From the IMG/VR virus record IMGVR_UViG_3300037188_000016, positions 1 through 37,551 of that record: a stretch of DNA of 37,551 nucleotides; one strand, given 5' to 3'. Origin of the DNA: a virus. Lineage: Duplodnaviria; Caudoviricetes. The position numbers were made by a program, and so were the translations under genes. Position 1 is the first letter of the stretch. Every line of letters starts with the position of its first letter. The notes below the pieces were generated by a model. The model worked only from the letters and a program-made list of their open reading frames with translations. It searched no databases and was not told the DNA's origin. This document shows positions 28,269-37,275 of this stretch, piece by piece.

Positions 28269-28588
28269 CTTAAATTTACCTGCCCCATTTTCTCTAAATT
28301 ACGTTTGATATTATCCAAAACTGTTTGATAGGAATCAGCCACGATCGACATAATCTCATTTGCGCTCACTTCTTTATGTCCTTCATTGAGATATTTATCG
28401 ATGTTTCCTACTGCTAAATTAACCATATTGAATAGGGAAATTTCCATGAAGTCATGAATTCCGCCACGTTTTGCACTGTGAAACTTGTCAAGGAATCTGA
28501 CAAGAAATTCATGGGCATCCATTGCATGATTTTGAGCAATAATATCAGGTGTATTATTTGCCCTTTGAGCGTTTGTTAATTCGTTCAT
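28265..28588 (-). CDS. hypothetical protein
   Basis: 107 aa; ATGA overlaps at both ends. Confidence 0.65.
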   Translation of the reverse strand: MNELTNAQRANNTPDIIAQNHAMDAHEFLVRFLDKFHSAKRGGIHDFMEISLFNMVNLAVGNIDKYLNEGHKEVSANEIMSIVADSYQTVLDNIKRNLEKMGQVNLR

Positions 28589-28854
28589 TTTCCATATTCC
28601 TCTAATTCTTCCCGAACTGATAATCTAATCAGCTTAACTTTTTTATTATGGTCACGCGCAATTTGTTTTGCCATTGGCTTTAAACTTTCCATCCTGGCTT
28701 TATCGGCACATACGAAAGGCATAAATACATTTTGACCGCCAATATGAGCAGTGTGGCCTATAATCCCTTCACCGTCTTTATCTACAGATGCGAAAACATA
28801 AACTTCGGTAATTTTTTCAAGATAATTTTTATGATCAAGTACAACTGTGGTCAT
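28585..28854 (-). CDS. hypothetical phage protein
   Basis: Likely start is the ATG at 28854 (ATGA overlap); VYVFASVDKDGEGI...MPFVCAD motif. Confidence 0.65.
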   Translation of the reverse strand: MTTVVLDHKNYLEKITEVYVFASVDKDGEGIIGHTAHIGGQNVFMPFVCADKARMESLKPMAKQIARDHNKKVKLIRLSVREELEEYGK

Positions 28855-29024
28855 TTTCTGCACTCCACTTCCTCATGCAATAAATTAACAATTGCTTCCT
28901 GGTTAGCAACCAACTGCTTAAGACTATATAACTTAAGTGATTCATCCATTAACTTCGAATCCAATGCGGCTAAGGACAAGCTTTTAAGCTCGCCCTTGTG
29001 TTTTTCACATATACAACTTGTCAT
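28851..29024 (-). CDS. small hypothetical protein (57 aa, MTSCICEKHKGEL...)
   Basis: Not in the ORF track; TAATG overlap with recT and ATGA overlap with the next gene. Confidence 0.6.
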   Translation of the reverse strand: MTSCICEKHKGELKSLSLAALDSKLMDESLKLYSLKQLVANQEAIVNLLHEEVECRK

Positions 29025-30061
29025 TATTTATCTGCCTCTTTGTTTAATCTTGATATAAAATCATCAGCCTGGGCGGTTGTAAGTTCTCCCAATGCTCCTA
29101 CCTCATAATGTTTAAGAGCATCACCGAAACGCTCAGGTGAAAAATCCTTAACAGAAACCAGGGCGTGAATCTCTTTTAATTGCTCAGGTGTTGCCACTTC
29201 TCCGGTTTCATTATTAGCCGTTTTGCCTTTTGCTGCATTTAATTTATCCATTAACGCATCATGCTGACGAGAAGGTTTTTCAGTTGGCGTTTCACCTAAT
29301 TCACCTTCGATAAAGTCTATATCAAACTCTTCACTAGCAGACGCTTTAATATTCTGTATTCCAGCTTCTTGCAGCTCATCCAATGACACGGCTTTTTGCA
29401 TCTCAACACTGCAAGGCAACCATTTAAACAGCTTTCTAAGCACTGTCTTTTTAGCCATCTCTTCATAGTGAGTTACCCATGGGCCATTATTTTTAGACTT
29501 GGATTGATTCTTGATAATGTCCACGTCCTTTTTGCTCATTACATCGAATTGATGACCGCCATCTTTAAGTAGTGCAACCGCATAAACTGCCACTAATTCG
29601 CCACGGTCATTCATAGCTGGTTTATGGATTAAATTTTCTTTCAATCCGAACTCATAGCTAAATTCATCATTTGAATAAACAGCACGAGCCACGAGAGATA
29701 CAATTTGCCCTGACCGTCTGGCTAAGTCCAGGAATCCACGATAACCAGGCATAAACGTACATTCTACTTTACCCGTTTGGTTATTGTTGAAAGGGATTAA
29801 GTAACATGACCCTAAAATACCAGGCTCAAGACCTAATTGACTTGCTTGCATAATCGCAGCAATAAAACTCAAAGGATCGCATTCTTGAAGCTTAGGGGTT
29901 TTCCTAAGCTCAGTCATTGCAATGCGTGCCATTCTTTCAGGCGTTAAATGTTTGGGTAAGCAGCGAGCAATCTCACCTTTCATCTGTTCCAGCAATCCCA
30001 TGACTGACTTTTGGTTAGCCATCATCATGCTTTTTCGTTCAGTAGTGCTCATATTACTCAT
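29024..30061 (-). CDS. recT: RecT single-strand annealing protein
   Basis: LPKHLTPERMARIA, SQLGLEPG..G.CYLIPF, GYRGFLDLARRSG and PWVTHYEEMAKKTVLRKLFKWLP motifs. Confidence 0.95.
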   Translation of the reverse strand: MSNMSTTERKSMMMANQKSVMGLLEQMKGEIARCLPKHLTPERMARIAMTELRKTPKLQECDPLSFIAAIMQASQLGLEPGILGSCYLIPFNNNQTGKVECTFMPGYRGFLDLARRSGQIVSLVARAVYSNDEFSYEFGLKENLIHKPAMNDRGELVAVYAVALLKDGGHQFDVMSKKDVDIIKNQSKSKNNGPWVTHYEEMAKKTVLRKLFKWLPCSVEMQKAVSLDELQEAGIQNIKASASEEFDIDFIEGELGETPTEKPSRQHDALMDKLNAAKGKTANNETGEVATPEQLKEIHALVSVKDFSPERFGDALKHYEVGALGELTTAQADDFISRLNKEADK

Positions 30062-30891
30062 GCCGCTTTCTCCTGTTCATCAATAATTGCATACTTGGGT
30101 ACTGCGAGTTCCTGTACAAGATACCCTTCCCACTTGTTTTCATCCATACACTTTTTTAACTTTCTTTTATAGGCGGTGAATTGGTCAATACCAAACTGCA
30201 AAGCCTCATCTTTCATAATGTAAATCGCTGGTACGTGAGGAGCTTCTTTCTCACACGCCAAAATCACGAACATATCAAAAGGTTTATCGAGTGCCTTGCA
30301 TGCTTCATGTGCCATTCCAGCTTGAAGATAATATCCATACTCCAAAGCGCTTCTCATAAAGCTGTAGGCGCTCGCGTTATTCGTGGTCTTTAAATCCACA
30401 ACCATTTTTGAAGACCAAATGTCAGGCCGTGTTTTAAACTGCAAACCAGTCTCTTTATCAGTCCAGAAAATAGATTGCTCATAAACCGCCTCATCTAAAA
30501 GGGTCGTGACAATTTCATGCTTGCTTACCAAGTCAACCATTTTGCTGACCTTGGCAAATTGGTCATCACTTAACAATATTTTACCGTGACTTTCTTCAAC
30601 AAATATTTCCCACTCTTCCTTCCCTTGTTTGGTTCGTCTATCCACTTTTGGAGCCACTGCAAATTCCATTTGAAACTTTGCCGGCTCTAATAACATTGTG
30701 TGGAACGCCGAGCCTATATTCATTGCTGGTGTTGCTTCTTGCTTCTCAGCAAGACCTGACATTGTTTCATACCAAAAGTGATACGGGCTTTTATCCAACA
30801 ACATCAACTTACTGCGAGAAATACCTTTAGAAGAATGATATTGCTCGTTTGTTATGTCATATACCCCATCTTTATATTCTGTGTTCATCAT
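30058..30891 (-). CDS. RecE/ExoVIII-like PD-(D/E)xK exonuclease (DUF3799-like)
   Basis: Likely ATG at 30891 with AAGGA RBS; YHSSKGISRS, GSAFHTMLLEP, KTRPD..VVDLKTT and YGYYLQA motifs; adjacent to recT. Confidence 0.88.
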   Translation of the reverse strand: MMNTEYKDGVYDITNEQYHSSKGISRSKLMLLDKSPYHFWYETMSGLAEKQEATPAMNIGSAFHTMLLEPAKFQMEFAVAPKVDRRTKQGKEEWEIFVEESHGKILLSDDQFAKVSKMVDLVSKHEIVTTLLDEAVYEQSIFWTDKETGLQFKTRPDIWSSKMVVDLKTTNNASAYSFMRSALEYGYYLQAGMAHEACKALDKPFDMFVILACEKEAPHVPAIYIMKDEALQFGIDQFTAYKRKLKKCMDENKWEGYLVQELAVPKYAIIDEQEKAA

Positions 30892-30916
30892 AGTTTCCTT
30901 TGTTAGTGAAGCGTCC

Positions 30917-30945
30917 ATTTTATGATGAGTGTCGTCATATGTCAA
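30917..30945 (-). promoter_or_regulatory. sigma70 promoter (PL-like) for the recE-recT-helicase-RNA operon
   Basis: On the minus strand: TTGACA (30945-30940), 17-nt spacer, TAAAAT (30922-30917). Confidence 0.75.
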
Positions 30946-31003
30946 TGCTCGACAGATGTTAATATTTTTTGTCTTAAAGTGCAGACAGATTATATGTCGA
31001 ATG

Positions 31004-31032
31004 TTAACATACGTCAAAAATATTGATACATT
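31004..31032 (+). promoter_or_regulatory. candidate PR-like promoter for the cro operon
   Basis: TTAACA, 17-nt spacer, TACATT; overlapped by an operator-like 15-mer. Confidence 0.45.
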
Positions 31033-31058
31033 AGTGACAAATAATTATGAGGTAAAAC

Positions 31059-31256
31059 ATGACACCAAATGACGTTTTAAAAAAATATGGGAGCCAGTAT
31101 CAATTTCACAAAGAAACCGGAATGTCTCATTCCTCTTTGGGTCTTTGGCTCAAACAAGGTTACGTTCCAGAAGACTCTCAATACAAATTGGAGCGTATAA
31201 CAAAAGGCGAATTAAAAACTGAATGGACAGAAGAACCACAGGAGAAAGCAGGATGA
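31059..31256 (+). CDS. Cro-like HTH regulator
   Basis: 65 aa; MTPNDVLKKYGSQYQF...SLGLW...VP...QYKLERITKGELK pattern; first gene after the divergent promoters. Confidence 0.8.
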   Translation: MTPNDVLKKYGSQYQFHKETGMSHSSLGLWLKQGYVPEDSQYKLERITKGELKTEWTEEPQEKAG

Positions 31257-31456
31257 CCGAAACTGATAATATTAAAGCCGCAAAGAAAAGCTTAAAGGCT
31301 CATATTAAGTTTTTAAAAAGCTTAAATGACCATATAGCCAAAGCCGAAGAACCTTTTTTAAGTCGCTCTATGTTTGCTAGCTGGTGTATAGACAAATATC
31401 TAAATGAGCAATTAAAAAATGACATTGAAGAGGCGATGAAAAAAAATGGGAATTAG
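31253..31456 (+). CDS. hypothetical protein
   Basis: ATG at 31253 overlaps the cro stop. Confidence 0.6.
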   Translation: MTETDNIKAAKKSLKAHIKFLKSLNDHIAKAEEPFLSRSMFASWCIDKYLNEQLKNDIEEAMKKNGN

Positions 31457-31649
31457 CATTTGGCTTAGTATTTCACTTTTATTCGTTTCAATCAGTCTTA
31501 TTATCCAAGCAATTTGGTTAAGAGATTTATCTAAAAGGATGGGAAAAATAGAGAATATAATTTTTATTCGCGGCTGGTTAGAATCTGTTGAAAGAGGCGA
31601 GTCATATTCCGATTTGGCTTACATGAAAGAGAAGGGGTTTTTAAAATGA
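31446..31649 (+). CDS. small membrane protein
   Basis: 67 aa with one N-terminal hydrophobic helix. Confidence 0.6.
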   Translation: MGISIWLSISLLFVSISLIIQAIWLRDLSKRMGKIENIIFIRGWLESVERGESYSDLAYMKEKGFLK

Positions 31650-32143
31650 GTTGCATTACAAAAATATTGGAATTAAAAGGTGATAAAGAGTTTTTGGCAT
31701 GTCATTCGCAATCAGGTATTGAAGGAGGAGGGAGTTACAAGGGCTATGAATATATCATCAGTTTTACCTATATGGGTCATCGGTGTGGTTACGTTGCAAT
31801 CGCTGACGGCGTTCCTGGCAGCTATGACGATTTACACTGCCACGGAGGAATCACGTTTGAAGGTAACGACCATGGTTTTAAAAGTCTACTTGATAAACCT
31901 TGCAGTGATTTGTGGATCGGCTTTGATGCTGCTCATTGCGATGACTTGGGAAATCTGGGCACAGCCTTGAAATATTTTGGTCATATACCAGAAGCAAAAC
32001 GCAGCATAGAAACCCTACAATCAATTACTGATGAAAGTTATCGCTCACTATCTGATTTAGGTTGCGTACATCGAACCTTTGAGTTTATGGAAGACCAATG
32101 TAAATATTTAATCGACCAAATTATCGAGAGAAAAGCTGCATGA
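31646..32143 (+). CDS. conserved phage protein of unknown function
   Basis: GHRCGYV...HGGITF...WIGFDAAH motifs, likely metal-binding. Confidence 0.7.
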   Translation: MSCITKILELKGDKEFLACHSQSGIEGGGSYKGYEYIISFTYMGHRCGYVAIADGVPGSYDDLHCHGGITFEGNDHGFKSLLDKPCSDLWIGFDAAHCDDLGNLGTALKYFGHIPEAKRSIETLQSITDESYRSLSDLGCVHRTFEFMEDQCKYLIDQIIERKAA

Positions 32144-32586
32144 ATGAGCAATTTTATGAGTTGTATAAATCTATGCGTGAATTAGTGGAGCATGGAGACA
32201 AAGAATTAAGTGCGCCTTTTCAAGAACTTCTAAGATACACCAAAATAAATTGCGAACGTCTTGACCGTTCCGATCAACAATATTATCGCCGATATCTCAA
32301 TGAACGCCATCTACTTTTTAGATTCCATAAAGGAGGGCTTGAAGAATCAATGCAAACCATCAAAGTCATTGATTCTTTCGAGCATTTATTGGTCATGATT
32401 AACGTTTATTGGGGCGTTCCTTTTACGAAAATGACTATAGAACCTTATCATTATGACGATCGCATTAAATGGGATACTCAAATTGTTATGGTTCATCATA
32501 GAGATAAAAGCTTTCCAGTGGGATTTTTAAATCGTGTTCCAGGATGGACACATAAACAGGGAGAAGTAAATGAAGTTGAAGCATAA
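32140..32586 (+). CDS. hypothetical protein
   Basis: 148 aa, translationally coupled; FRFHKGGLEESM...YDDRIKWDT motif. Confidence 0.65.
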   Translation: MNEQFYELYKSMRELVEHGDKELSAPFQELLRYTKINCERLDRSDQQYYRRYLNERHLLFRFHKGGLEESMQTIKVIDSFEHLLVMINVYWGVPFTKMTIEPYHYDDRIKWDTQIVMVHHRDKSFPVGFLNRVPGWTHKQGEVNEVEA

Positions 32587-33460
32587 GATTCAAGCCGGTT
32601 TAATAGGAGGCGTGACGTTTATTACAGCAGTGTATATAGGCTGTAATCTTACAAGAGTTCCAGCCGGTTATCGTGGGGTTATTGTCAATCTCTATGGCTC
32701 AGATAAAGGCGTATCAGAGCAATCTGCGGGAGTAGGGCGCTATTATCTTGGATGGAATAAAGAAATGTATCTGTTTCCTACCTTCCTGCAAAATCGTTCC
32801 TGGAACAAAGAGCAAGCCATTACCATGCAAACATCAGAAGGGTTAACCATAACCACTGATGCGGGCATTACTTACCAGATTGAACCCGATAACATCGTCA
32901 AAGTCTTTACTAAATACCGTCTGGGCATTGAAGAGATAACCAATACTTTCTTACACAATATGGTTCGTGATGCCATGAACGAAGTGGCTAGTCGCATGAC
33001 AGTAGACCAAATTTACGGCCTAAAGAAAGAAGAATTTATAACATCGGTTAATCAGATTGTCATTAAAGAAGCTGCAAGCAATGGTATTAACGTCGATAAA
33101 ATTTACCTTATCGGTAGTTTTGTGCTTCCTCCTTCGGTGATGAACTCCATTAATACTAAAATTGAGGCTTCACAAAATGCCGTTAAGGTTGAAAATGAAA
33201 TCGCTACGAGTCGCGCCGAAGCTCAAAAAACCATCGTTGAAGCAAAAGCCCGTGGAGAACGACAAATCATTGAAGCCGAAGCAAACGCCAAGCAAATTAC
33301 CTTAAACGCAGAAGCACAAGCCAAAGCAAATAAAATCCTTGCTGATAGCCTTACCCCTGAGTTTGTGCAATACCAGGCAGTCATCAAATGGGATGGTCAA
33401 TTGCCTAAAACAAACGCCTCTAATGCAGTGCCATTTATTAACATAGGAAAGAAATCATGA
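32570..33460 (+). CDS. SPFH/Band 7 membrane protein
   Basis: N-terminal TM helix, VPAGYRGVIV motif, EAEANAK coiled coil, SLTPEFVQYQAVIKWDGQLP. Confidence 0.9.
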   Translation: MKLKHKIQAGLIGGVTFITAVYIGCNLTRVPAGYRGVIVNLYGSDKGVSEQSAGVGRYYLGWNKEMYLFPTFLQNRSWNKEQAITMQTSEGLTITTDAGITYQIEPDNIVKVFTKYRLGIEEITNTFLHNMVRDAMNEVASRMTVDQIYGLKKEEFITSVNQIVIKEAASNGINVDKIYLIGSFVLPPSVMNSINTKIEASQNAVKVENEIATSRAEAQKTIVEAKARGERQIIEAEANAKQITLNAEAQAKANKILADSLTPEFVQYQAVIKWDGQLPKTNASNAVPFINIGKKS

Positions 33461-33690
33461 TATCAAGATGTCTTTTAAAAGCAATTGGACTGCTGATGCT
33501 ATTGATGTTCACGACAGGTATTATTTTGCCGTGGGTAATTAGCAATGTGTTGATGCCTGTATGGATGATTATCTTCACATTAGGAGCCGTCATTGCTTTG
33601 TGGGTCGTTATCTTGGAACGTCCATACCGTAAGCTGATTAAGTTTGCTTTAAGAGCGTATCGCAGGGAGGACAAAGTAAATGTGGATTGA
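33457..33690 (+). CDS. small two-TM membrane protein
   Basis: 77 aa; two hydrophobic helices and a basic tail. Confidence 0.65.
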   Translation: MISRCLLKAIGLLMLLMFTTGIILPWVISNVLMPVWMIIFTLGAVIALWVVILERPYRKLIKFALRAYRREDKVNVD

Positions 33691-34012
33691 ATACGAATTA
33701 AATTTCAAGGGAGAAGTTCGTGAAAAAGGGATGTTTAACTCTGAGCACATCAAATGGATTCAAATCGAACAGCACGGCGGAGGATACGGCGAAGCAATCG
33801 AAATGTACTATGACGGTTATGAGTCTAAGTGCGTATTTATTGCTGATGATAAAGATGCCGTTGCCAAGATCTGGATTGCGCTACAAAATGCTATTGCTGG
33901 GGTTCCTTGCAGCGTCACGGGTATTGGATTTATTAGACCGGTACAACGGCCATTCCTTAACGATTCAACGCTCATTCCTTCGGCTTATAATGGTGAATTA
34001 CCTGTCGACTAG
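33680..34012 (+). CDS. hypothetical protein
   Basis: 110 aa with GGAGG RBS. Confidence 0.6.
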   Translation: MWIEYELNFKGEVREKGMFNSEHIKWIQIEQHGGGYGEAIEMYYDGYESKCVFIADDKDAVAKIWIALQNAIAGVPCSVTGIGFIRPVQRPFLNDSTLIPSAYNGELPVD

Positions 34013-34179
34013 AGCTGTTAAATTTTAAGTACTTGATATAAGATGACCTAATGCCTAAGTTCACAGCTTAAGCATTAGGCTGGCGCAAGCCCCTGACAGT
34101 AAAACGTGTAAATCTTCAATGGACACGTCGTACTGATGACATTTTACCCATTGGAGAAGTAAATAGCAAAGGAGATTTG

Positions 34180-34344
34180 ATGCCAATCGATATTTATGCT
34201 AAATCCGTGCAGCTTTTAGAGCGTGTGGCAAATTCAGTTCATGACCGCGACCCCAAACCGCCCAATTTATTAAGTTTTAGTATGAACGAAATACATATTG
34301 TGGAGGAATGGATAAAAGAGCTTCTAAAGGAATTAAAGGAGTGA
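34180..34344 (+). CDS. small hypothetical protein (54 aa, MPIDIYAKSVQLL...)
   Basis: Not in the ORF track; AAGGAG RBS; followed by a terminator. Confidence 0.55.
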   Translation: MPIDIYAKSVQLLERVANSVHDRDPKPPNLLSFSMNEIHIVEEWIKELLKELKE

Positions 34345-34379
34345 AAAGCCCGAAAGTGGAGACACCAACGGGCTTTTTT
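34344..34379 (+). terminator. Rho-independent terminator, possibly bidirectional
   Basis: AAAAGCCCG...CGGGCTTTTTT. Confidence 0.65.
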
Positions 34380-34436
34380 GCATCTACATCTCAACAAGGA
34401 AGTTCAATATGAAAAATACAACAAGGTAACTATAAC

Positions 34437-34706
34437 ATGAATCATGACATTGACAATATGGGTTTTAGCCAAGAGCAATTACCCTATACGACGCTGGATA
34501 ATCGCAATATCGAATTATTCAATGAATTACAAGTGCTTGGTATGTATACCTATGTTCGCATGATGATTGATCATGAAACGACGACAGTTCCAGTGATAAT
34601 TGATAAACTAATAGAAAAATTCAAGGTCACTCACGATTTTGTTTTTGATGTTTTGAAGAAGTTTGAAGAAACAGGGGTATTAATGATAGTTAAAACGAGA
34701 GATTAA
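34437..34706 (+). CDS. hypothetical protein, possibly winged helix
   Basis: 89 aa upstream of the replication gene; PYTTLDN...LGMYTYV...LKKFEETGVL. Confidence 0.6.
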   Translation: MNHDIDNMGFSQEQLPYTTLDNRNIELFNELQVLGMYTYVRMMIDHETTTVPVIIDKLIEKFKVTHDFVFDVLKKFEETGVLMIVKTRD

Positions 34707-34810
34707 ATTTAGGGCATCCAGCCCTTAGACCTTCAATCAACTGCAAATTGATTAAGGTTACATCCATACAACAACAGTTCTACCACGAACTACAACGAGG
34801 CAATTATAAC

Positions 34811-35785
34811 ATGACTGCGCCAAAAAAAAACCTAAATCATCAGTTATTAGCTCAATTTTCGGGCAATGATTCATTTCTTACTATTCCCAAAATTTATTAT
34901 CGGCTTACTAAAAATCTTAATAAATCTTTATTGCTCAGCCAAGTAATTTTTTATTCAGATAAATCAACGTATTGTCAGGATGGATGGTTTTATAAAACGT
35001 ATCAAGAATGGCAAACCGAAGTATTTTTAAGTGTTAGGGGTATGAGAGATTTATTTAAAGAACTGGTCAATGAGTCCTTAATTGAAATGCGCGTTGCAAA
35101 GGTTCACGGAATAAGAACACCTCTTTTTAGACCCCGTTTAGATAACATAGCAAAAGCTATAGAAGCATTATTACTGTCCGAAATTGACGCACCCGAAGAA
35201 AAGCCAAATGAGCAAAAATTGCCCCAAACGGCAGAAAGTGCCGATAAGGTCAAAAATGTACCTAAACGGCAGAAAGTGCCGGATAGCCAAACGGCAGAAA
35301 GTGCCGTTTCTAATACATATATACAGATCAGTACTTCAGATAAAAAAACAACTACGTCAAAAAACCGTGGTAGTAGTAATTTTTCTAAAACAAAACAAAA
35401 AATGCTCGACCAAAAATGCGAAGATGATTCGAGGACAGACGAGGAATTTTTAAATCACTGCGAACACCACATCAAAAACAATAGCCTTGAGGGCAGCGAT
35501 TACAAACGAGCCATGATGCTCATTGCCTTATTGAAAAAGCTTTTTGAAATAGGTGAGCACTTTAAATCAAAAGGATATGTGAATATTCAAGAGCAAGAAT
35601 CAAAAGCCAAACAAGAAAAAGAACGCCAGCGGTTACAAGCCGAAGCCCAAGACAGGCAACACCAAGAACGCCTCAATAGCTACAATAAATCTTCGGAAAA
35701 AGACAGGCAATCAAAACCTAATCAAGAAAGACGTGGAGTACCTACAAGCCTTAAGGCAATTCTTGGTATGAGCCATGCCAACTAA
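34811..35785 (+). CDS. replication initiator, lambda O-like
   Basis: Likely ATG at 34811; N-terminal LLLSQVIFYS...DGWFYKTYQEWQTE winged-helix motif; internal iterons. Confidence 0.8.
   Translation: MTAPKKNLNHQLLAQFSGNDSFLTIPKIYYRLTKNLNKSLLLSQVIFYSDKSTYCQDGWFYKTYQEWQTEVFLSVRGMRDLFKELVNESLIEMRVAKVHGIRTPLFRPRLDNIAKAIEALLLSEIDAPEEKPNEQKLPQTAESADKVKNVPKRQKVPDSQTAESAVSNTYIQISTSDKKTTTSKNRGSSNFSKTKQKMLDQKCEDDSRTDEEFLNHCEHHIKNNSLEGSDYKRAMMLIALLKKLFEIGEHFKSKGYVNIQEQESKAKQEKERQRLQAEAQDRQHQERLNSYNKSSEKDRQSKPNQERRGVPTSLKAILGMSHAN
35226..35306. repeat. three 18-bp iterons AAACGGCAGAAAGTGCCG, putative origin
   Basis: Exact copies at 35226, 35264 and 35289, each with a CGGCA/TGCCG dyad; an A/T-rich tract follows. 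Confidence 0.85.
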
Positions 35786-36002
35786 ACAAGAATGCCAAAA
35801 AATCATCAGCAATGTAGGCTGGCTATGTGGTTGTAGCCCAAAGTTAATAGCAACGCGCCTATTGAGTGAAGACGACAAACAGGATATGTTAAACGGTGAC
35901 TTAACCGTCGACGTGCTGGAATGCGCTGTAAAATTATGGATGAGTAACGGAATGCCTGATTATGCGAATGGGCTAACGGAACCAATGAAGAAGAGTTTTT
36001 AA
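35775..36002 (+). CDS. hypothetical protein
   Basis: 75 aa overlapping the initiator stop. Confidence 0.6.
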   Translation: MPTKQECQKIISNVGWLCGCSPKLIATRLLSEDDKQDMLNGDLTVDVLECAVKLWMSNGMPDYANGLTEPMKKSF

Positions 36003-36018
36003 CTAACGGATGAGATAA

Positions 36019-36219
36019 ATGCAAACTGGAACTGTAAAGTGGTTTAATGAAGCAAAAGGGTTTGGATTCGTAGCAAGTGAAGGAAAAGATTTTTTTGTGT
36101 ACTTCAAAGAGATTCAGGGGACAGGATTTAAGACTTTGAAAGAAGGCCAAAAGGTGCAATTCGTAGCTGGAACGTCACCTAAAGGCGCATGTGCAAAAGA
36201 AGTAAGCGTTATTGCTTAA
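36019..36219 (+). CDS. csp: cold-shock domain protein (CspA family)
   Basis: [15 protein letters not shown] (RNP1), DFFVYF (RNP2-like), [13 protein letters not shown]. Confidence 0.95.
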   Translation: MQTGTVKWFNEAKGFGFVASEGKDFFVYFKEIQGTGFKTLKEGQKVQFVAGTSPKGACAKEVSVIA

Positions 36220-36586
36220 TCTCTTTTTCTACCTCTGCGTAGTAAAGGTCGTGAACATCTTTTGAGAGCTTATGGAATAAATCTGTAAGCTTGCCTCGCA
36301 ATTCCTCATCAGGGCTTTTGACTATTTCAGCCAAACCGCCATGAGTAATTCCAAGAACAAGCGAGACGTTCTCTAAAAACCTGATAGTGTCTTCTAACTT
36401 TTCAACCTGTGATTTAAGTTTGTCGCTATTATCTGCGTATTCATCACCGCAAATCATGGTCTTAAGTTCTTCTTTCATGAAACCTAGATTATGCGCTCCT
36501 TCAAGCAACGGCTTCATTTTTAAATACCATTCTCCAATTTGATAGCAAATGTGGTCTATTTGTTGTGTTGTAAATCCTAATGACAT
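36209..36586 (-). CDS. hypothetical protein
   Basis: 125 aa; last gene of the leftward operon. Confidence 0.65.
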   Translation of the reverse strand: MSLGFTTQQIDHICYQIGEWYLKMKPLLEGAHNLGFMKEELKTMICGDEYADNSDKLKSQVEKLEDTIRFLENVSLVLGITHGGLAEIVKSPDEELRGKLTDLFHKLSKDVHDLYYAEVEKEIKQ

Positions 36587-36795
36587 TAACCTTCTCCGTT
36601 TTCAATTAAACTAATATGCCCAATGGCTGCAAACTGAGCCTGGACGGGCGTATCAAACCACTCATCAGACTCTCTGTAAACATCTGTTCCCCAAATTTCC
36701 TGATAAATATCATTGTCTGTGAAGATTTTGTAACCCCAGCCTTGTTCCTGGGGTATTACCTGGTATTCATAATATCCATGCTTATGTCGCATCAT
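36586..36795 (-). CDS. hypothetical protein
   Basis: 69 aa, coupled at both ends. Confidence 0.6.
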   Translation of the reverse strand: MMRHKHGYYEYQVIPQEQGWGYKIFTDNDIYQEIWGTDVYRESDEWFDTPVQAQFAAIGHISLIENGEG

Positions 36796-37088
36796 GCTGC
36801 CTCTAATTTATCGTAAAAACTCAAATATCTACGGCAAAAGCTCGCCAGGCTTTCCATTGCACAAGGATTTAATCCTACCTCGCGCAAAAATGGCTCTGTT
36901 GATTGACTGCTTTCTATTTCCATTAAGTAACCGTACCCCACATTGCGAGCGACCCATACATAATTTTCATCGGCCATCAGGTCATAAAGCGTGACCTCAT
37001 CAAGCCCTTTCATTGTTGGAGCGTCTTCGTCAATGTCTTCCCAGGGATTGTACACTTTTTCATCTGTAATTCTGCATGGCATATTCAT
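36792..37088 (-). CDS. hypothetical protein
   Basis: 98 aa with AGGAG RBS. Confidence 0.6.
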   Translation of the reverse strand: MNMPCRITDEKVYNPWEDIDEDAPTMKGLDEVTLYDLMADENYVWVARNVGYGYLMEIESSQSTEPFLREVGLNPCAMESLASFCRRYLSFYDKLEAA

Positions 37089-37090
37089 GA

Positions 37091-37264
37091 TTAAGCTCCT
37101 ATAGTCCGTTCGTAAAATTTAATCGCTAAATTGTGTTTGCTGCTGCTGTATAAAAACGTTATTCGCTCACCAACTATCTTTGCCACATAAAAAATAAAGC
37201 CATCGGTTAGCAACTCAAATCTGGTGCGCTTGACGCGCACACTATCAATTACTTCGTATTTCAT
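37091..37264 (-). CDS. small hypothetical protein (57 aa, MKYEVIDSVRVKR...)
   Basis: Not in the ORF track; AAGGAG RBS; fills the gap exactly. Confidence 0.6.
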   Translation of the reverse strand: MKYEVIDSVRVKRTRFELLTDGFIFYVAKIVGERITFLYSSSKHNLAIKFYERTIGA

Positions 37265-37275
37265 GATTCAGCTCC

